Below are positions 25,169 to 46,451 of a DNA stretch of 64,000 nucleotides, piece by piece. The DNA is from a bacterium. GTDB lineage: Bacteria; UBA8248. The stretch is from NCBI GenBank assembly GCA_965213685.1, contig CBDBZY010000018.1, forward strand, positions 416,001 through 480,000, read 5' to 3'. The position numbers and the translations under genes are program-made. The notes beneath the pieces are model-generated. The model saw only the letters and a program-made list of their open reading frames with translations, had not been told where the DNA came from and did no database searches. Position 1 is the first letter of the stretch, and every line of letters starts with the position of its first letter.

Positions 25169-25850
25169 TCTTGCTAGGTGCAGAGTAAAGCCACACCTGA
25201 AATTACAGGATCTCCCTCTTACGTCATGGAATTACTGTTCGCATCATCTCAGCTATATACCGTAAACGTTAGAATTACAGCGCCAAAAAAAAAAATTACA
25301 TTTCACCTTGGCGCTTAAATACGATCTGTATAAAATATTGTCCTTTCTAGGTGGCGCTTTAATTCGGGTGGCGCTTCTTAAGTAGAACGAGTCAGCACAG
25401 TCAGATGGGCGTTGCTATTTACTAAGCGCCACCAAAAAATGATTCAGGTTAGACATTGGCGCTACTATTTGATGAAAAAAATTAAGTAATGTACAAGTGG
25501 CGCTTAGTATTGGGTGGCGCTGTAATTCGAAAGTTTACGGTAGCTCACATGTACACGTAGTCACGAAACGCACTTGCACAAACGAACAAGTTTCTTCATT
25601 CTAACAAGCTAGTCGTTTCTTAGTGTCTGCAAGCTGCCATCCAACACCAAAGCGCCATCATGCCTAGCTACAAAGGTAAAGAGTTCACGGTGTTAGTTTG
25701 AAGGGGTTGTACCAGGCACTGTAGATATTCAACCTCGTGTCGGTGAGGTATGCACGCACAGTCACAAAGCACACACATACACATGCACACGTTTCAAGCT
25801 ATTCGCTTCTTATTGTCTCTTGATTGCCAAAAAGCTGCCATCCAACGCCT
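25169..25850 (+). repeat. Interspersed repeat, also at ~28098-28830 (+) and ~28970-29640 (-)
   Basis: Shared start TTCTTGCTAGGTGCAGAGTAA and shared AACAAGCTAGTCG and AAAAAGCTGCCATCCAA blocks. Confidence 0.8.
25260..25540. mobile_element. Tc1/mariner-type MITE with TA TSD
   Basis: TA|CCGTAAACGTTAGAATTACAGCGCCA...TGGCGCTGTAATTCGAAAGTTTACGG|TA. Absent from the homologous host-repeat copies near 28170 and 29520. Confidence 0.85.
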
Positions 25851-26099
25851 AGTCTCACGGGCCAGACCCTCTCGGCAAGCGGTTTGCCGTGAGGATCTGG
25901 CTCACTAGACTATTTTACAGGGTTGTACACTTTCTCAACTCTCCTTGTAATACAGTGCAGTAGGAAACAGATTTAAAGATATTACCATGAGTAAGAAGAG
26001 AGCTTGTGCTGAAGCAGGTTCTACCTGTAGACCATAGACGTCAAAACTGGTAGATGCGCAGTAAGCTGGAGCTCCTCCCTGATCCACAAGCCATGTCTC

Positions 26100-27060
26100 A
26101 TGAACCAAAGCCCATTTCAAGAAATGAAGAATACTTTTCATACTATGGATGAGCTGGATCTTTTCAATCAAAGTAAGAACAGGCTTGATCAAATCAGTGA
26201 AGACAGTAAAGTGTCTCGGATGATTGGAAAATATATATATGGGTGGAACACTGTGTACCCTATTGCATCATGTCTCAACTCCATTCCTAACTCCTTGAAA
26301 GAAGTTCACAAGAAATTCTTAGAGAAGGCATGCCCAGGTAAGGAGAAAGAGATTGTGCACAACATAACTCTATTCCTAGTAGAAAATTGCCGTAAAAATT
26401 TTCTCTCCCTTCCCAAAAAATGAAATGGAGATTATTGCCCCACCTATGGTAGATTGTTTAGAGTGTGGGTCTCAACTGGTCTCATATACCATTCCTGTGA
26501 TATAAAGCTGTATTCCTTGAATGGTGCAAAGGTTCTAACCCTGCATTGTTAGCATTGCTAATTACACTATATACAATTACTTACAATTTGGAAAGTGGAC
26601 TTTCAGTATTACCCACAGTTGCAACCAGTAACAGAAGTGACAGATACAACATTCGTACACTGCATGTATCAAAATTAATGAAGGTAAATTAGTCATACAT
26701 GTAACTATAAGTGATCGTTATTAATGCCAGGTTCATATACTTTTTGTAACAAGGTTGAATGTTCATGATGCTTGTACAGAGTCACCTGTATATGGACAGG
26801 CATTTTCATTGCTCATTCCTGAAAGAGCATGCTCCAGCAGTTCCAACAGGACTGAAAGAATACTTGAAGTACTGTGGTGTTGTGACTGAAAGTAAAGTAA
26901 AATGCTTACCATATGTGATAATAGCCTGATACAGTAATATTCTCTAAGTACGCAGATGAAAATGGTATTGCGGACTCAGATGTTGAAAAAGTAGAAGTTG
27001 CTGTTAATACACATCCCAGAACAGAAGGAATTGGAGAGTTTGCAGCAACTTCTCAGGGTA
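26100..27060 (+). pseudogene. Decayed coding fragments, possibly a KDZ/CxC-type transposase-associated gene
   Basis: 107-aa ORF followed, after a break, by LLPPPMVDCLECGSQL (CxxC) and further exon-like pieces. Family assignment is tentative. Confidence 0.3.
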
Positions 27061-27385
27061 TGCTGTTGTATAGTAGCAGGAAGAGTAAACTCCTGAACTC
27101 GATATACTATGATCTCTGTGTAAGGGACAGCTACATGCACTACTGGAGGAGCACCCTTCAATGGTTTAAACAGCTGCTGTAGCTAATCCTGCTGATAAAC
27201 TTTGGAGAAAGGATGTAGGATCATTGAAATACCTACAACATTGGTCAAGAGGTCATCAGTTTGTTGTGAGGGGTGGAGGACATATTGACACACAGTCACC
27301 CCTGTACAACACATTTCAGAGTCTGGTTTAGTGTCCATCATTTGAAGTAGAGAATATTGATGCATTTGTAGAGATTTTCATCATG

Positions 27386-27803
27386 TGACCACGATCTAAC
27401 GGCACAGGGTGCGTATCTGATGTAAATTCTTTTCTTCACGTGAACACTGTCCAACAGCACACAGTATATACGATTGCTCTGTGAACATTCTTCCTCACGT
27501 GAACACTATCCAACGGCACATAGCATGATTGTACAATTGCTCTGTGAACATTTCTTCTTCACGTGAGCACTGTCCGACGGCACATAGCATACGGTTGTTC
27601 TGTCAACATTTTTCCCCGCGTGAACACTGTCTAACAGCACATAGTATATTCGATTGCTCTGTGAACATTTTTTTCTCACGTGAACCCTGTCCAACAGCAC
27701 ATAGTATATATGATTGCTCTGTGAACACGTTTTGCTTCACGTGAATACGATCTCATGGCACAGAGTATATCATAGTTCTCCATGAACATTTCACGTGAAC
27801 ACG
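27386..27803. repeat. Minisatellite, ~59-bp unit, ~7 copies
   Basis: CACGTGAACACTGTCCAACAGCACA...GATTGCTCTGTGAACATT recurs at 27437, 27496, 27560, 27617, 27677, 27738. Confidence 0.9.
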
Positions 27804-28299
27804 AGCTGTCAATCAATCAATCGCGCGGAAACCTACAGCATGTTGAAATTGAAAGTTCTGCTAGGATTGCTAGACATGGACACACAATCACAGCCACTCT
27901 GACAGCTTTGAAGGTAACCGGAACACCAGCAAAACCAGTTTAAGTTCCAGCACGTTAGCGTACCATCGTCACGTGCAAATCGAGATGCCAGTGTGTTGAG
28001 ATATCGCGGAGGATTGAGAGAGAAAGTTCGGTTTCACCTCTGTACTAGCTTCAGGTAGTCAGAAATATTGTTCACGTGATCCTATAAGCCGGAACGTTCT
28101 TGCTAGGTGCAGAGTAACCGCACCGGAAATTTCAGGATCTCCTCTTACGTCACAGCATTACGGTTTTGTCTCTGTAGCTTAGAAGCTAAGTTGTTACGAA
28201 ACGCACTCGCACACATGCACACGTTTTATCAGTGTGACAAGCTAGTAGCTTTTTGTTGTCTGCAAGCTGCCAATAAACGCCTAAGCGCCACTGCGGAAT

Positions 28300-28610
28300 T
28301 TTTAGTTTCCACCGGTTTTTTTTCCGGTATTTTTAGTTTCCACCGGTAATTATAAATATCCACTGGTATTTATAAATCCCCATCGGTATTTATAAATGCC
28401 CATCGATATTTATAAATCCCCACCGGTATTTATAAATCTCCACCGGTATTTATAAATGTCCATCGGTATTTATAAATGTCCATCGATATTTATAAATCTG
28501 AGGCTGGATTTACAAACTCTATCGACAAATACCAACTGGGATTTATAAATACTGTAGTGGAATATAAATCCTGACTTTCTCGCTAATTTTGACACAAACG
28601 GCGCCCCATA
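28300..28610. mobile_element. Solo end of a TATGG-terminated (IS3EU-like) element with 20-bp tandem repeats
   Basis: (CACCGGTATTTATAAATCTC)n followed by TTTTGACACAAACGGCGCCCCATA. Confidence 0.6.
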
Positions 28611-29078
28611 AATCATGCCTAGGTACAAAGGTACAAGAGTTTACTGTGTTAGCTTGCTACCGGGCATCAATGACATGCACTGTAGAAATTCAACCTCGAT
28701 CGTATAGGTATAAGGAAAGCGGCATGCACTGTCACAAAGCACACACGTACACATGCACACGTTTCATTAGAACAAGCTAGTCGCTTCTTATTGTTTTTTG
28801 ATGGCCAAAAAGCTGCCATCCAATGCCTAAATACCGAGTCACCATACCCAGTTGGCAAAGGTAAAAGTTTGTCTGCTAGCTACATCTCTATATTGTATGT
28901 GCAAACTACCGTACCCGGTTGAAGTTGAAGAGTACTGGTATACAGCAGGCGAATCCAACTCTTGCACCTTTGCAGCTAGGCACGCGTACGGTGGCGCTTA
29001 GGCGTTCTCCATTCATACATGACGAGAAGGCGTGGCTTCGCTTTGCGAGTGCGCAGCGCCGCTACCAGGTGAAGTGGC

Positions 29079-29445
29079 TGGATTTATAAATCTCCACCGG
29101 TATTTATAAATCCCCACCGGTATTTATCAATCTCCACCGGTATTTATATATCTCCACCGGTATTTATAAATCCCCACCTGTATTTGTAAATCCCCACCGG
29201 TATTTATAAATCTTCACCGGTATTTTTAAATTTCCACCGGTATTTATCAATCTCCACCGGTACATAAAAATTTCCACTGGTATTTATAAATCCCCATCGA
29301 TATTTATAAATGTCCATCAATATTTATAAATCAGAGGCTTCACTCTATCGACAGTATTTATAAATACCAACTGGGATTTATAAATACTGTATAGGAATAT
29401 AAATCGGGACATTCTCACTAATTTTGACACAAACGGCGCCCCATA
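29079..29445. mobile_element. Second solo end of the same element, about 12 copies of the 20-bp unit
   Basis: Same unit and same terminus ...CAAACGGCGCCCCATA, same orientation as 28300-28610. Confidence 0.6.
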
Positions 29446-32400
29446 AGAAATGACTAGCTTGTTAGAATGAAGAAACTTGTTCATATGTGTAGGTGTGCGT
29501 TTCGTGACTACGTGCACATGTGAGCTACAGATGGCTAGGCTGATCCATATAGTTACAGGTACTATGAACAGTAATTCCATGACGTAAGAGTGAGAGCCTT
29601 TAATTTCAGATGTGGCTTTTACTCTGCACCTAGCAAGAAACCGGAACGGAAAATTGCTTCGTGCATCCATCTAGTGAGGCGCGAGTGGCTAGCTACCATC
29701 ATGGCAGGATATCAATGCAGACAGTTATCAACATACTGGGGTTTGTTTGACTACTGACTGTAGGTCATCTGCCAATATGTCTGTGAAGGGTTCTTAAGAA
29801 GAAAGACTGTCTCGTATGCTAATTCTTATTGTGTGTAATGGAGTGCTGCATGGCTGTACGAAGACCTGAGTTCCAGAGCCCTGGGTGAGCACTGTGGTTG
29901 AGAGCTGTGCCAAAAGACAACTTCAAAAAGGTCAACACATCATACCTGGGAGTTATGTCTATGGTGTACCAGAGCTATACCAAGGCGTCTCCTAGAACCG
30001 AACGATGTTTGGAGTTCGGCATTAACAGATCTCTCAACTCACACGGTTTGACCGTGTGACACAAGGAATTCAATATGTTCTCACGGTCTCACGGCAAGCT
30101 CCTGTTTTCACACGGAAAGTCTGATTTTCAGTTGTGTCAGGCGCAAGCGCTCAGGCCATATTATGGATATGGCTTGCGTATACCTACGCTAGATGCTAGG
30201 CCTATCTTAGCCTCGTTGTCAGGCCGAAAGACTGACCGAAAGACGTATATTTAACGTAGGAACGAGACTGTGCTTAGTAACGTAGCCTCGCAGAGCCACG
30301 CCTTCCGAAGAAGGTGAGGTTCCGAGACACGTCCGGGACTCCGGGAGAACTGTCCGCGCATAGGTAGCGTCATGGCCTGGGTATACAGCCAACCGCGTCG
30401 GTGCGCATACGAGGCCACACGAAGCTAAGGTAGTCTAGTAGACAGTAAAAATTCTCAGACTGACGCTCGCGCTACCGTACACCATGTAGGACGTCATCGC
30501 GCCTATGACGTAATACAACATCGAAGCGCTTTTACATGGTGGCCGTTTGTCTCAGGTTGAGGGGTTTGCATTAATCATGTGTGCTCTGGTAATGGCAAGA
30601 ATGTCGCTTCATGACTTGGGCATGACAGTAGAGCCACCAGTCCTGTCTTGTGACCTCCCTGAGCTGCTGAGTGCTGTGATTTGATTCTATGGATGTTGAC
30701 ATAGCTCTATAAATCCAGAAAAGAGGATTTGCTTGCAGTTGCTGTCATCTATGGCAGGGAACTGACACAGGAGGAATAAATGGTCACAACTTATTGTTTG
30801 TATGCATAAAACAAACAAAGTGTACAAATGTTGCCACTGATTTCAAAAGTTGCATTTTGGTCCCTGAATTGAACATACTCTAGTGTAACTAGTAAGCTCT
30901 TAGTGATGGTTTTAAGAAGTGAGGTAGCTAGCAATAGTCTCCTAACAGGCAGTGCTCTCAATTACTCCTACTGCACCGGGTTACAGGAACTCCAGTCTGG
31001 AAGAGAACTGTGCATCTGTTAAAATTTGGTAGCTCACAGCTCGTCACAGCTCACTCCAAGACAGCTACTTCTTAAGCACCAATACTGACCCTTCAAGGAT
31101 ATATTGGCAGATGTACAGTCAGTGGTTGAACAAATGTTGTATGTTCACTATTTTCTGCCTTGATGTCCTGTGTTCTTTTTTGTCATGATGGCAGCCGTCA
31201 TGGTATAGCCGCCATTCTCACGATCCCTATAGCTATACTCACTTGAGTTCCCCTGTCTGGTTCCTTGATGAGCGATTACTGAAGGTAAGGGATAAAACGA
31301 CTTGTTTCTATCCGCTCGATTTCAGCAGCCAATTTTAGCACAAAATTTAACGTTCACCATTTAACACGCAATGTCTACTACGTTGTACTCCAACATGGCC
31401 GCCATGGGATTAAGCCCTGCCTACTGCCAAAGGTCTGTTTTACGCATGCCTAGTCTGACATTGGCACAGTCCGGCGATCCGGCAGGTGGTGCGACAGGGC
31501 CGTCATGAAACTTCACCATTCTTTAGAGCTTGAATATGACTACAGCATACAAGGAAATTGTGTGTAGTCCAGATGCAGTATTTGAGATATGCACGATGAT
31601 ATGTAGATGTGTCAATGATCAGCACAGAATCTCTCAGTGCTATTCCATATAGCTCTGGCAGTGAATACCCGCCTCTTGCCATAAGGAAATGGCTATGAGG
31701 AGGGTTAACCTTTAGATGAAATGGTGACAAATGTGCTAAACAGTTAAATGTGTTGCACTGAAGGCAGTAGACGAATAATAAGGCGAGTACACACACAATG
31801 TGGAATTCAATTAGAAAAGACCACTTCTCTACATTTCTATGGCTACGTACTTTCTTTGTAGTCTTTATACAACGTCTCTTCAAAGCCTGCACATGGTCAT
31901 CCCTGCACATATAGTTTTTCTTTGATATTTTAGCACTGCCATCCCTACACTAATTATACATAATGATTGTGAAAAATCTATGTGGAGGTGTTATGACAAA
32001 TATGTACGTATATACTTTAGTGTTGCAAAACCCTCCGGAAGAATGATCTAATAATAATTTGAATGAAACTCCAGCAGAGTATTCTGCTTAGTGGTTATAC
32101 AAATATGCATAATACTGATGTTCAACCTGTCAAGGTGGAATATGCCAAAACTCAATATTCATGTACATCATGTATGTGCCACACATGTACAGCCATGCAT
32201 AGTCTGTCCTACAGTTAACTCCCACTCTCAGCATGCATGTACTTTTCCTAGAAAAATAGGAAAGATAGTTTTGTGTGAAGGGTCATACATAATTATGTTC
32301 TCTAACCCTTTCAGAGACAGAGCTTTAAACAGATGCAACTAAAATTGCAAGGACCATTTGGGCATGTATTCATTCCAACATTTCAAGTGGGCAAAGAAAT

Positions 32401-32771
32401 GAAAGCAAGCTTTTAGCCTCTTGATAGGTCATGAATGCAATGTTAATAGCTATGAGCTTTCAACCATGCATCATGAACAAAAAGTGCAGTTAATTACTCA
32501 AGAACAACAGATGGGCAGATCACATTGTTGAGTACAATCTAACACCAATATGCTGATGATCAGCAACTCTTAATATAATGAGGTAGTACAACTAGTACAA
32601 AATCATCAAGCAAATTAAAGATGACACAGTAACCTATGTCCTTCATTGTATTAGTGTCAAATACATAATCAATATTTGAACATTGTCTTTCATGAATGTA
32701 ACTTTCACTACGAAAGTACGGTAGGATAGGTGTAAAGCTATACAGCATGAACTAATGTGTCATCTTTTATA

Positions 32772-39774
<7,003 letters not shown>

Positions 39775-40487
39775 CTGTTCATGTAAAAGGAAGTAGCAAT
39801 ACTAACGGTAAGGGCAGGCAAAATCCAGTATAATTGCTAAGTGTAGTAAGCAGATGCGGCACTGCCTGCACTTTATATATATTCACACTATAATTTTTGG
39901 GGGGTTATTCCGATGTCATAGTATTGTGTTTACAGTGCAGTAGTGTGATTGTCCGCCGTTACTGCATAGCGCTTCGAACGGCACGGTCGTAAAAACAGCG
40001 TTCGTACCCGCACTCTCCGCGGTCTTCCGCAGATTGGGCGTGGCCTGCTTTGGCCTCTGCCTTCGCAGCTGCGTCTTTGGAAATAGCAGAACGCTTATAT
40101 ATGAGAGCTTTACGTCCCTTGGCGTGTTGAAGGAAGTAGCGCAGGCATCAACGCAGCATATAGCGCATGCGGAACGAGGTTGAACGTAACATTTTGCTCA
40201 TGGGCGGTTATTGACTTTTTACTCACACCCTGAGGGTCAAGGTTCACAAGACCACCTTGAAGCTGGCAACAGGTGTCAAACAACGTGAAGAAGGACGATC
40301 GCGCGTTTCATGAGCGGCCAGAATGATTACTGACGCCGAACTCAGAACGACTGACAGTACGGACAATGGACTGCCTTTACCCGAAACCCTCACAGAGCAA
40401 AATTGTAAGTATAGTATCTATGGATTGCGTGGGAACTTCACCGCTAAACTCCAAGTTGTGACCAAGCCTTCGTGTGGCTCTCTCATG

Positions 40488-40706
40488 CATTGGCGTATGA
40501 GAGGCATGAATATTGGGGAGGCTGACAGAGCGCAAAGCCTTTAAACACTTTGGGGAGGAGCTTATTATTATATGTCAACAAGAATCAGGCCTATTAAAAA
40601 TATTGGGAGGACTCTGCCCCCTCCAGAAAAATATTGGGGGGGCTCTGCCCCCTCCAGAAAAATATTGGGGGGGCTCCAGCCCCCCCCCCCCCTTCCTACG
40701 CCTATG
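40488..40706. mobile_element. hAT5-like MITE (ends ...CCTACGCCTATG), absent from the second unit
   Basis: Termini resemble 2425-2785. Empty site GGCTCTATGTG near 45740. Confidence 0.6.
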
Positions 40707-40878
40707 CTATGTGTGTGTGGCAGTTGAAGAGTTACTATGCTATGTGTGTGTGGCAGTTGAAGAGTTACTGTAAGCCATCAGTGTGTGTTGGAATGTTGTG
40801 ATACATGTCGATCCCTAGCGGGATTCTGACGCCACATACAGAGTGATATTGAGAATTGTGAGGGCTGGCTGTCGCACT

Positions 40879-40951
40879 GTGGCCATAGCTCAGGTGGTAG
40901 AGCACTGACAGCTAAAGTCAGATGTCCCCGGTTCAATCCCGGGTGGCTGCC
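40879..40951 (+). tRNA. tRNA-like cloverleaf with CUA anticodon (probably within a tRNA-derived repeat)
   Basis: GTGGCCA TA GCTC AGGTGGTA GAGC A CTGAC AGCTAAA GTCAG ATGTC CCCGG TTCAATC CCGGG TGGCTGC C. All four stems pair; A and B boxes present; TTTTT just downstream; U33 is replaced by G. Confidence 0.6.
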
Positions 40952-41176
40952 AGTTTTTCACGGTTCTCTAAAATATTCCCAAGCCTTTCCTCATGTATAA
41001 CGTAGTTTGTGTGTTGTGTTCAGTGACTCCCTAGAGGGAGACCCAGCTTCACATGCTCTGCTATGAATACATGTATTTCACTCAGTGTGGCTCCTCCCCT
41101 GATGGAGAGGAGTTACCGGTTGATCCCTAGCACATACAGACTGATATTGAGAATTGTGAGGGCTGGCTGTCACCCA

Positions 41177-41248
41177 GTGGCCATAGCTCAGGTGGTAGAG
41201 CACTGACAGCTAAAGTTAGAGGCCCCGGTTCTATCCAGGGTGGCTGCT
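41177..41248 (+). pseudogene. Second, degraded copy of the CUA tRNA-like sequence
   Basis: Same sequence with a T-stem mismatch and shared flanks (about 190-bp unit). Confidence 0.6.
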
Positions 41249-41324
41249 GGTTTTTCACGGTTCTCTAAAAATATTCCCAAGCCTTTCCTCATGTAACTGC
41301 TTTGCTGTGCAATTTTCAAGCTGC

Positions 41325-41361
<37 letters not shown>

Positions 41362-43861
41362 CAACAAGATAATTTCATCTGCATTTCTCTCTCTCTAACG
41401 AGAAAAGCTGAGTGGATGAACTGGCTTAACACACAATCCTCACAGAATTGGTTTTCGACTGAAACAAGATAAAGGTACAGATGACCACACCCACTGGGTG
41501 GAGTCAATATGGAGGGCCACCTGCAGTGATAGAACCTCCGTTCAGGTGAGTGAGTGGTAGAGCATCCCCCCACTTTCCTCTTTACCTGTCCCCCTCCCTC
41601 CCTCCATCCCTCCCTCTCCTCCGTCCCTTTCTCCCTCCCTCCCTCTCTGACTCAGGCTTTGAAGTCTCTCCCCTACCCCTACTCCACCACTTGGAGTGGC
41701 TCTACCTGGGAGGAAACAAGATCCAGGTAGCCACCCACCTTCCTTCCCACCCTCTCCCTCCCTCCCTCCCTCCCTCTCCCTTCCTTTTTTTTCTACCCTT
41801 TCCTCTCACTCTCTCCTTCCCTCCCTCCCTCTCTCCTCTCTCCATCCATTCCTCCTTCCCTCCCTCCCTCTCTCCTCTTTCCCTCCCTCCCTCTCTCCTC
41901 TCTCCCTCTCTCCTCTCTCCCTCCCTCCCTCCCTCCCTTTCTCTACCCTCCCTCCCTCCCTCTCCACCTTGGCACCTTCACCCACACAAACTCTCTAACA
42001 CATATATACTTGCATGACAATTCCTAAACCACAAGCCACTGCTGTCTTCCTAATAAGGCACACCATAGAGCCACCAGTTGTGTGTGTGCATGTGCTGAGG
42101 AGCTTCAGTGTGTGTGTGTGCATGTGTGTGCATGGAGGGGAAACAGAGGAGGGGTAGGGGGTCTCTGTCCTTGCACTCATTTCTAGACAGGCTGCATGCA
42201 TATATGCCATCCGCAACTGGAGAGCACTGGTCTGGGAACCAGACTCACCATTTGAAGATTGTTTACAAACTAGAGCAAGAAGATTAAGTTGGTGAACGAG
42301 CCTCACTCATTATCATGATGAGTACTGCTCTACTGTGTGCAAGTGAGCTCTAAATGGTGAGTCTGGTTCCCAGACCACTGCTCTCTACTCGTGGACCAAG
42401 TTCTCCTCATAGTGCATGCATGTGCACCATGTCTGGAAACAAGTGCAAAGTCTGAGAATGAGGCTGCAGAGGGTGATCAGAGTGGGTATTTCGTGATGGC
42501 AAGTCTTCCAGTGTTCTCCGCAGAGTCACTCTCTCAATATGTGTGTACATGTATGCTTAATTAGCTAGCCAAGTATTCCAGTTGAGTCCAGTGTTTCTAC
42601 ACTTCCGTTCTGTCTGCCTGTCTGTCTGTCTCTGTCTCCCCATCCATCTGTTTGTCTGTTCTGCTGTCCCTATTGGAACTCTCTCTGCCTTTCATATTTC
42701 TTTGCCTTCTCACCACAGAACAAGTATAGATGTGCCACTTCATTTTGATGGTGGGTCAGTGGAATCTCCCGACTACAAGTGTGGCTACAAGTACACTGCA
42801 GGCAAGTATAGCAGCCTTTCATGCAGCCACAGAGAGCAAGCAGTGGCTATCCTCTCAGAGTGAGTGGTTCTGGTGAGATATATACATGTTCACTGCACAC
42901 CTCAATCACTGATACTTGTCCACTGCAGTGGCTGTTCTCATGGGTGGGAAGAGAGAGTGAGGAAGGAATTACTGAAGCTCAGACAAGAAACATTGCTGAC
43001 ATCATGACTGCTTTTAAATTCATTGTGAATGTATACTGTTATGTACATGTACATGCAATTTCTCCTGCTTCCTCTGCCATTTCCTGCGCGCGCAACATAC
43101 CCACGTATGCGGTTCACAGTGGCGTATGAGTATATACTGATATACCATAGATAATGCACTCGTGTGAATAGCACATTTCTTGTGGTACGTGCGTGTGTTG
43201 ATGCGTAGCTCCACTGACAAAGCGGTTATGGAACAATGGCTGTTTCCAAAGTGATCCAAATCAACGTGTGAAGACGTGAACTTCCAAGATGTTAGAGAGA
43301 CTTACAATGATGTACGCGTACCGCGTACTGCCGCGAGTGAGCTGCATAAGACGATCTTCCAGCTTGCTGCCCTCACAGCTGCGCCTTTGGAAATAGCACA
43401 ACGCTTATTGGGGCGAGCCTTAAGGTGACGGGGTATGTAACGGATAATTAAATATTCATAAACTTTGTGTAGCGCTACTGACCAGAAGAATTACGTTACA
43501 GAGCTTTGTAAGGCAACATTCGAAAGGTCAAGGAATGCACTTTTATACACACACCTTTACAAGACCTGTTCACAACACAGGAATGTAGAATTGAAGCATG
43601 AAAAGCGAGTAGTGAGAAGTGTTTTCCACGTCAATTCTAGCCACAGTCACACTGTGGTAGCTGCGCAAACCAACACATACCGTTTGCTGTTGATCCCCAC
43701 CAGGGCTAGAATCACCTCGTTCGCTTTATATGCAAGCGGTGGCTATGTGAGGGTCTCGTTTCCCCCGCGCGCGCTGATGTTCTTCGCGATCTTTACAGTT
43801 CAGCAGCGTGTAGTTGCTAAACCGTAGTTGTATTGAAATTTTTACATTCCTGCCCTAGCCC

Positions 43862-43930
43862 TAGTCTCGCGAGCCACCGTGTACGCATGCACGCGTGCGT
43901 ACACGGCAGTACGTCTGGCTCGCGATACTA
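43862..43930. mobile_element. 69-bp hairpin micro-MITE, TAG...CTA termini, 3-bp TSD CCC (Academ-like)
   Basis: CCC|TAGTCTCGCGAGCCA...TGGCTCGCGATACTA|CCC. Confidence 0.65.
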
Positions 43931-43959
43931 CCCTAGCCCTGTGTCCTAGCCCTGTGTCC

Positions 43960-45007
<1,048 letters not shown>

Positions 45008-45269
45008 AGGAATACGAGCAATATACGGTCCAAATTTGCCTGAAGCGAACAAAAATTGACTTGGAAAAGTTGCGTTGCCCGTAAATCGCCACCTTATAGC
45101 TTAACGAACCCCACCCGGTCTGCGCTGTATATATCGTACTTTTGTCACCTTCTGAAGGCGCATGCGTACGATTTAAATTCAAAGGCGGCACGTGGTAAAT
45201 GACATTGAAGTTCATCACATTGAAGTTCAAAGGTCGACATGTGTGCGAACAACTGACTCCTGGCGGCAG

Positions 45270-45600
45270 CGTCGCACCATGAACCCGGAGCAGAGAAGAG
45301 AAGCAAGGCTGAGCCGTAGAAGAGAAGGCGAGAGAGAACGTCGCGCCCTCCGAAACTGCTGAGGAAAGGGAAACGCGGTTATGTAAGCGATGAGCGAGAG
45401 ATAGAGCTCGACGTGCCTCGCAGATCGCTATTCAGCGGAAGAGGGACTTACAACAGAGAAGAGAGCAGGTGCTACGTTAGACTGTAGAGGAAAGAGAGAT
45501 CCGCCTTCAGCGAATGCGCCTTAATGAGATTGGCTTCTGAGACACAGGAGGAGAGGGAGACCTGCCTTCAACGAATGCTGGCATCTGAGACTCCTAAGGA
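45270..45600 (+). pseudogene. Decayed ETxEEREARL-type repeats resembling a Helitron RepHel N-terminus
   Basis: Frameshifted pieces REARLSRRRE, ETAEERETRL, TVEEREIRLQRM, ETQEERETCLQRM. Confidence 0.55.
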
Positions 45601-46050
45601 CAGACGCTGAACTCAGAACGACTGAGTACGGACAATGATAGCTATGGGACTACATGTACCGCTGCATAGGAAACCCTCACAGAGCAAGATTGCGTGGGAA
45701 CTCACCGCTAGACTCCAACTTGTGACCAAGCCTTCGTTTGGCTCTATGTGTGTGTGGCAGTTGAAGAGTTACTGTAAGCCATCAGTGTCACTGTGTGTGT
45801 TTGAGTGTTGTAGATACTGTAGGCCATCACTGTGTTTCATACACGTACATGTACATGTATACATGTACGTTGAGTGCAGGCCACTCAGGAGGGGCAACTA
45901 GTGCTATGAGTGATTGAGGGTGTACCAGAGAAACCTTGTTCTGTTTGAGAGTGATGTTGCATGAAGGTCTGGGTAGTGGGAGCTTTGGTTTCAGCATACA
46001 GCTTGGAAGTTTGTACATTTTAACTGCTTCACTGTACAATTTTCAAGCTA

Positions 46051-46094
<44 letters not shown>

Positions 46095-46451
46095 CCTCTC
46101 TCACCAACAAGATAACCTGTCCTCCTCCCTCCCTCCATCCCTCCCTCTCCCCCTCCCTCCTTCCATCCCTCCCTCCCTCTCTGGCTCAGGCTTCGAAGTC
46201 TCTTTCCCCTACCACTTGGAGTGGCTCTACCTGGGAGGAAACAAGATCCAGGTAGCCACCCACCTTCCTTCCCACCCTCTACCTCCCTCTCTCCCTCTCC
46301 CTTCTCCCTCCCTCCCTCCCTCCCTCCCTCCCTCCCTCCCTCTGTCTCTCCCTCTCTCTCTCCCTCTCTCCCTCTCTCCTCTCTTCCTCCCTCCTTCACA
46401 CTCTCCCTCCCTGCCTTCACCCACGCAAGCTCTCCAACACATGCACACATA

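Noticed and set aside
27386-27803. CRISPR-like array
   Set aside because: Whole units are repeated with no unique spacers, there are no cas genes, and the context is eukaryotic.
28300-29330. 20-bp repeats as CRISPR or iterons
   Set aside because: Contiguous tandem units adjoining a transposon-like terminus.
29700-31500. Possible decayed gene or transposase fragments
   Set aside because: Exon-like pieces could not be assembled into a recognisable protein.
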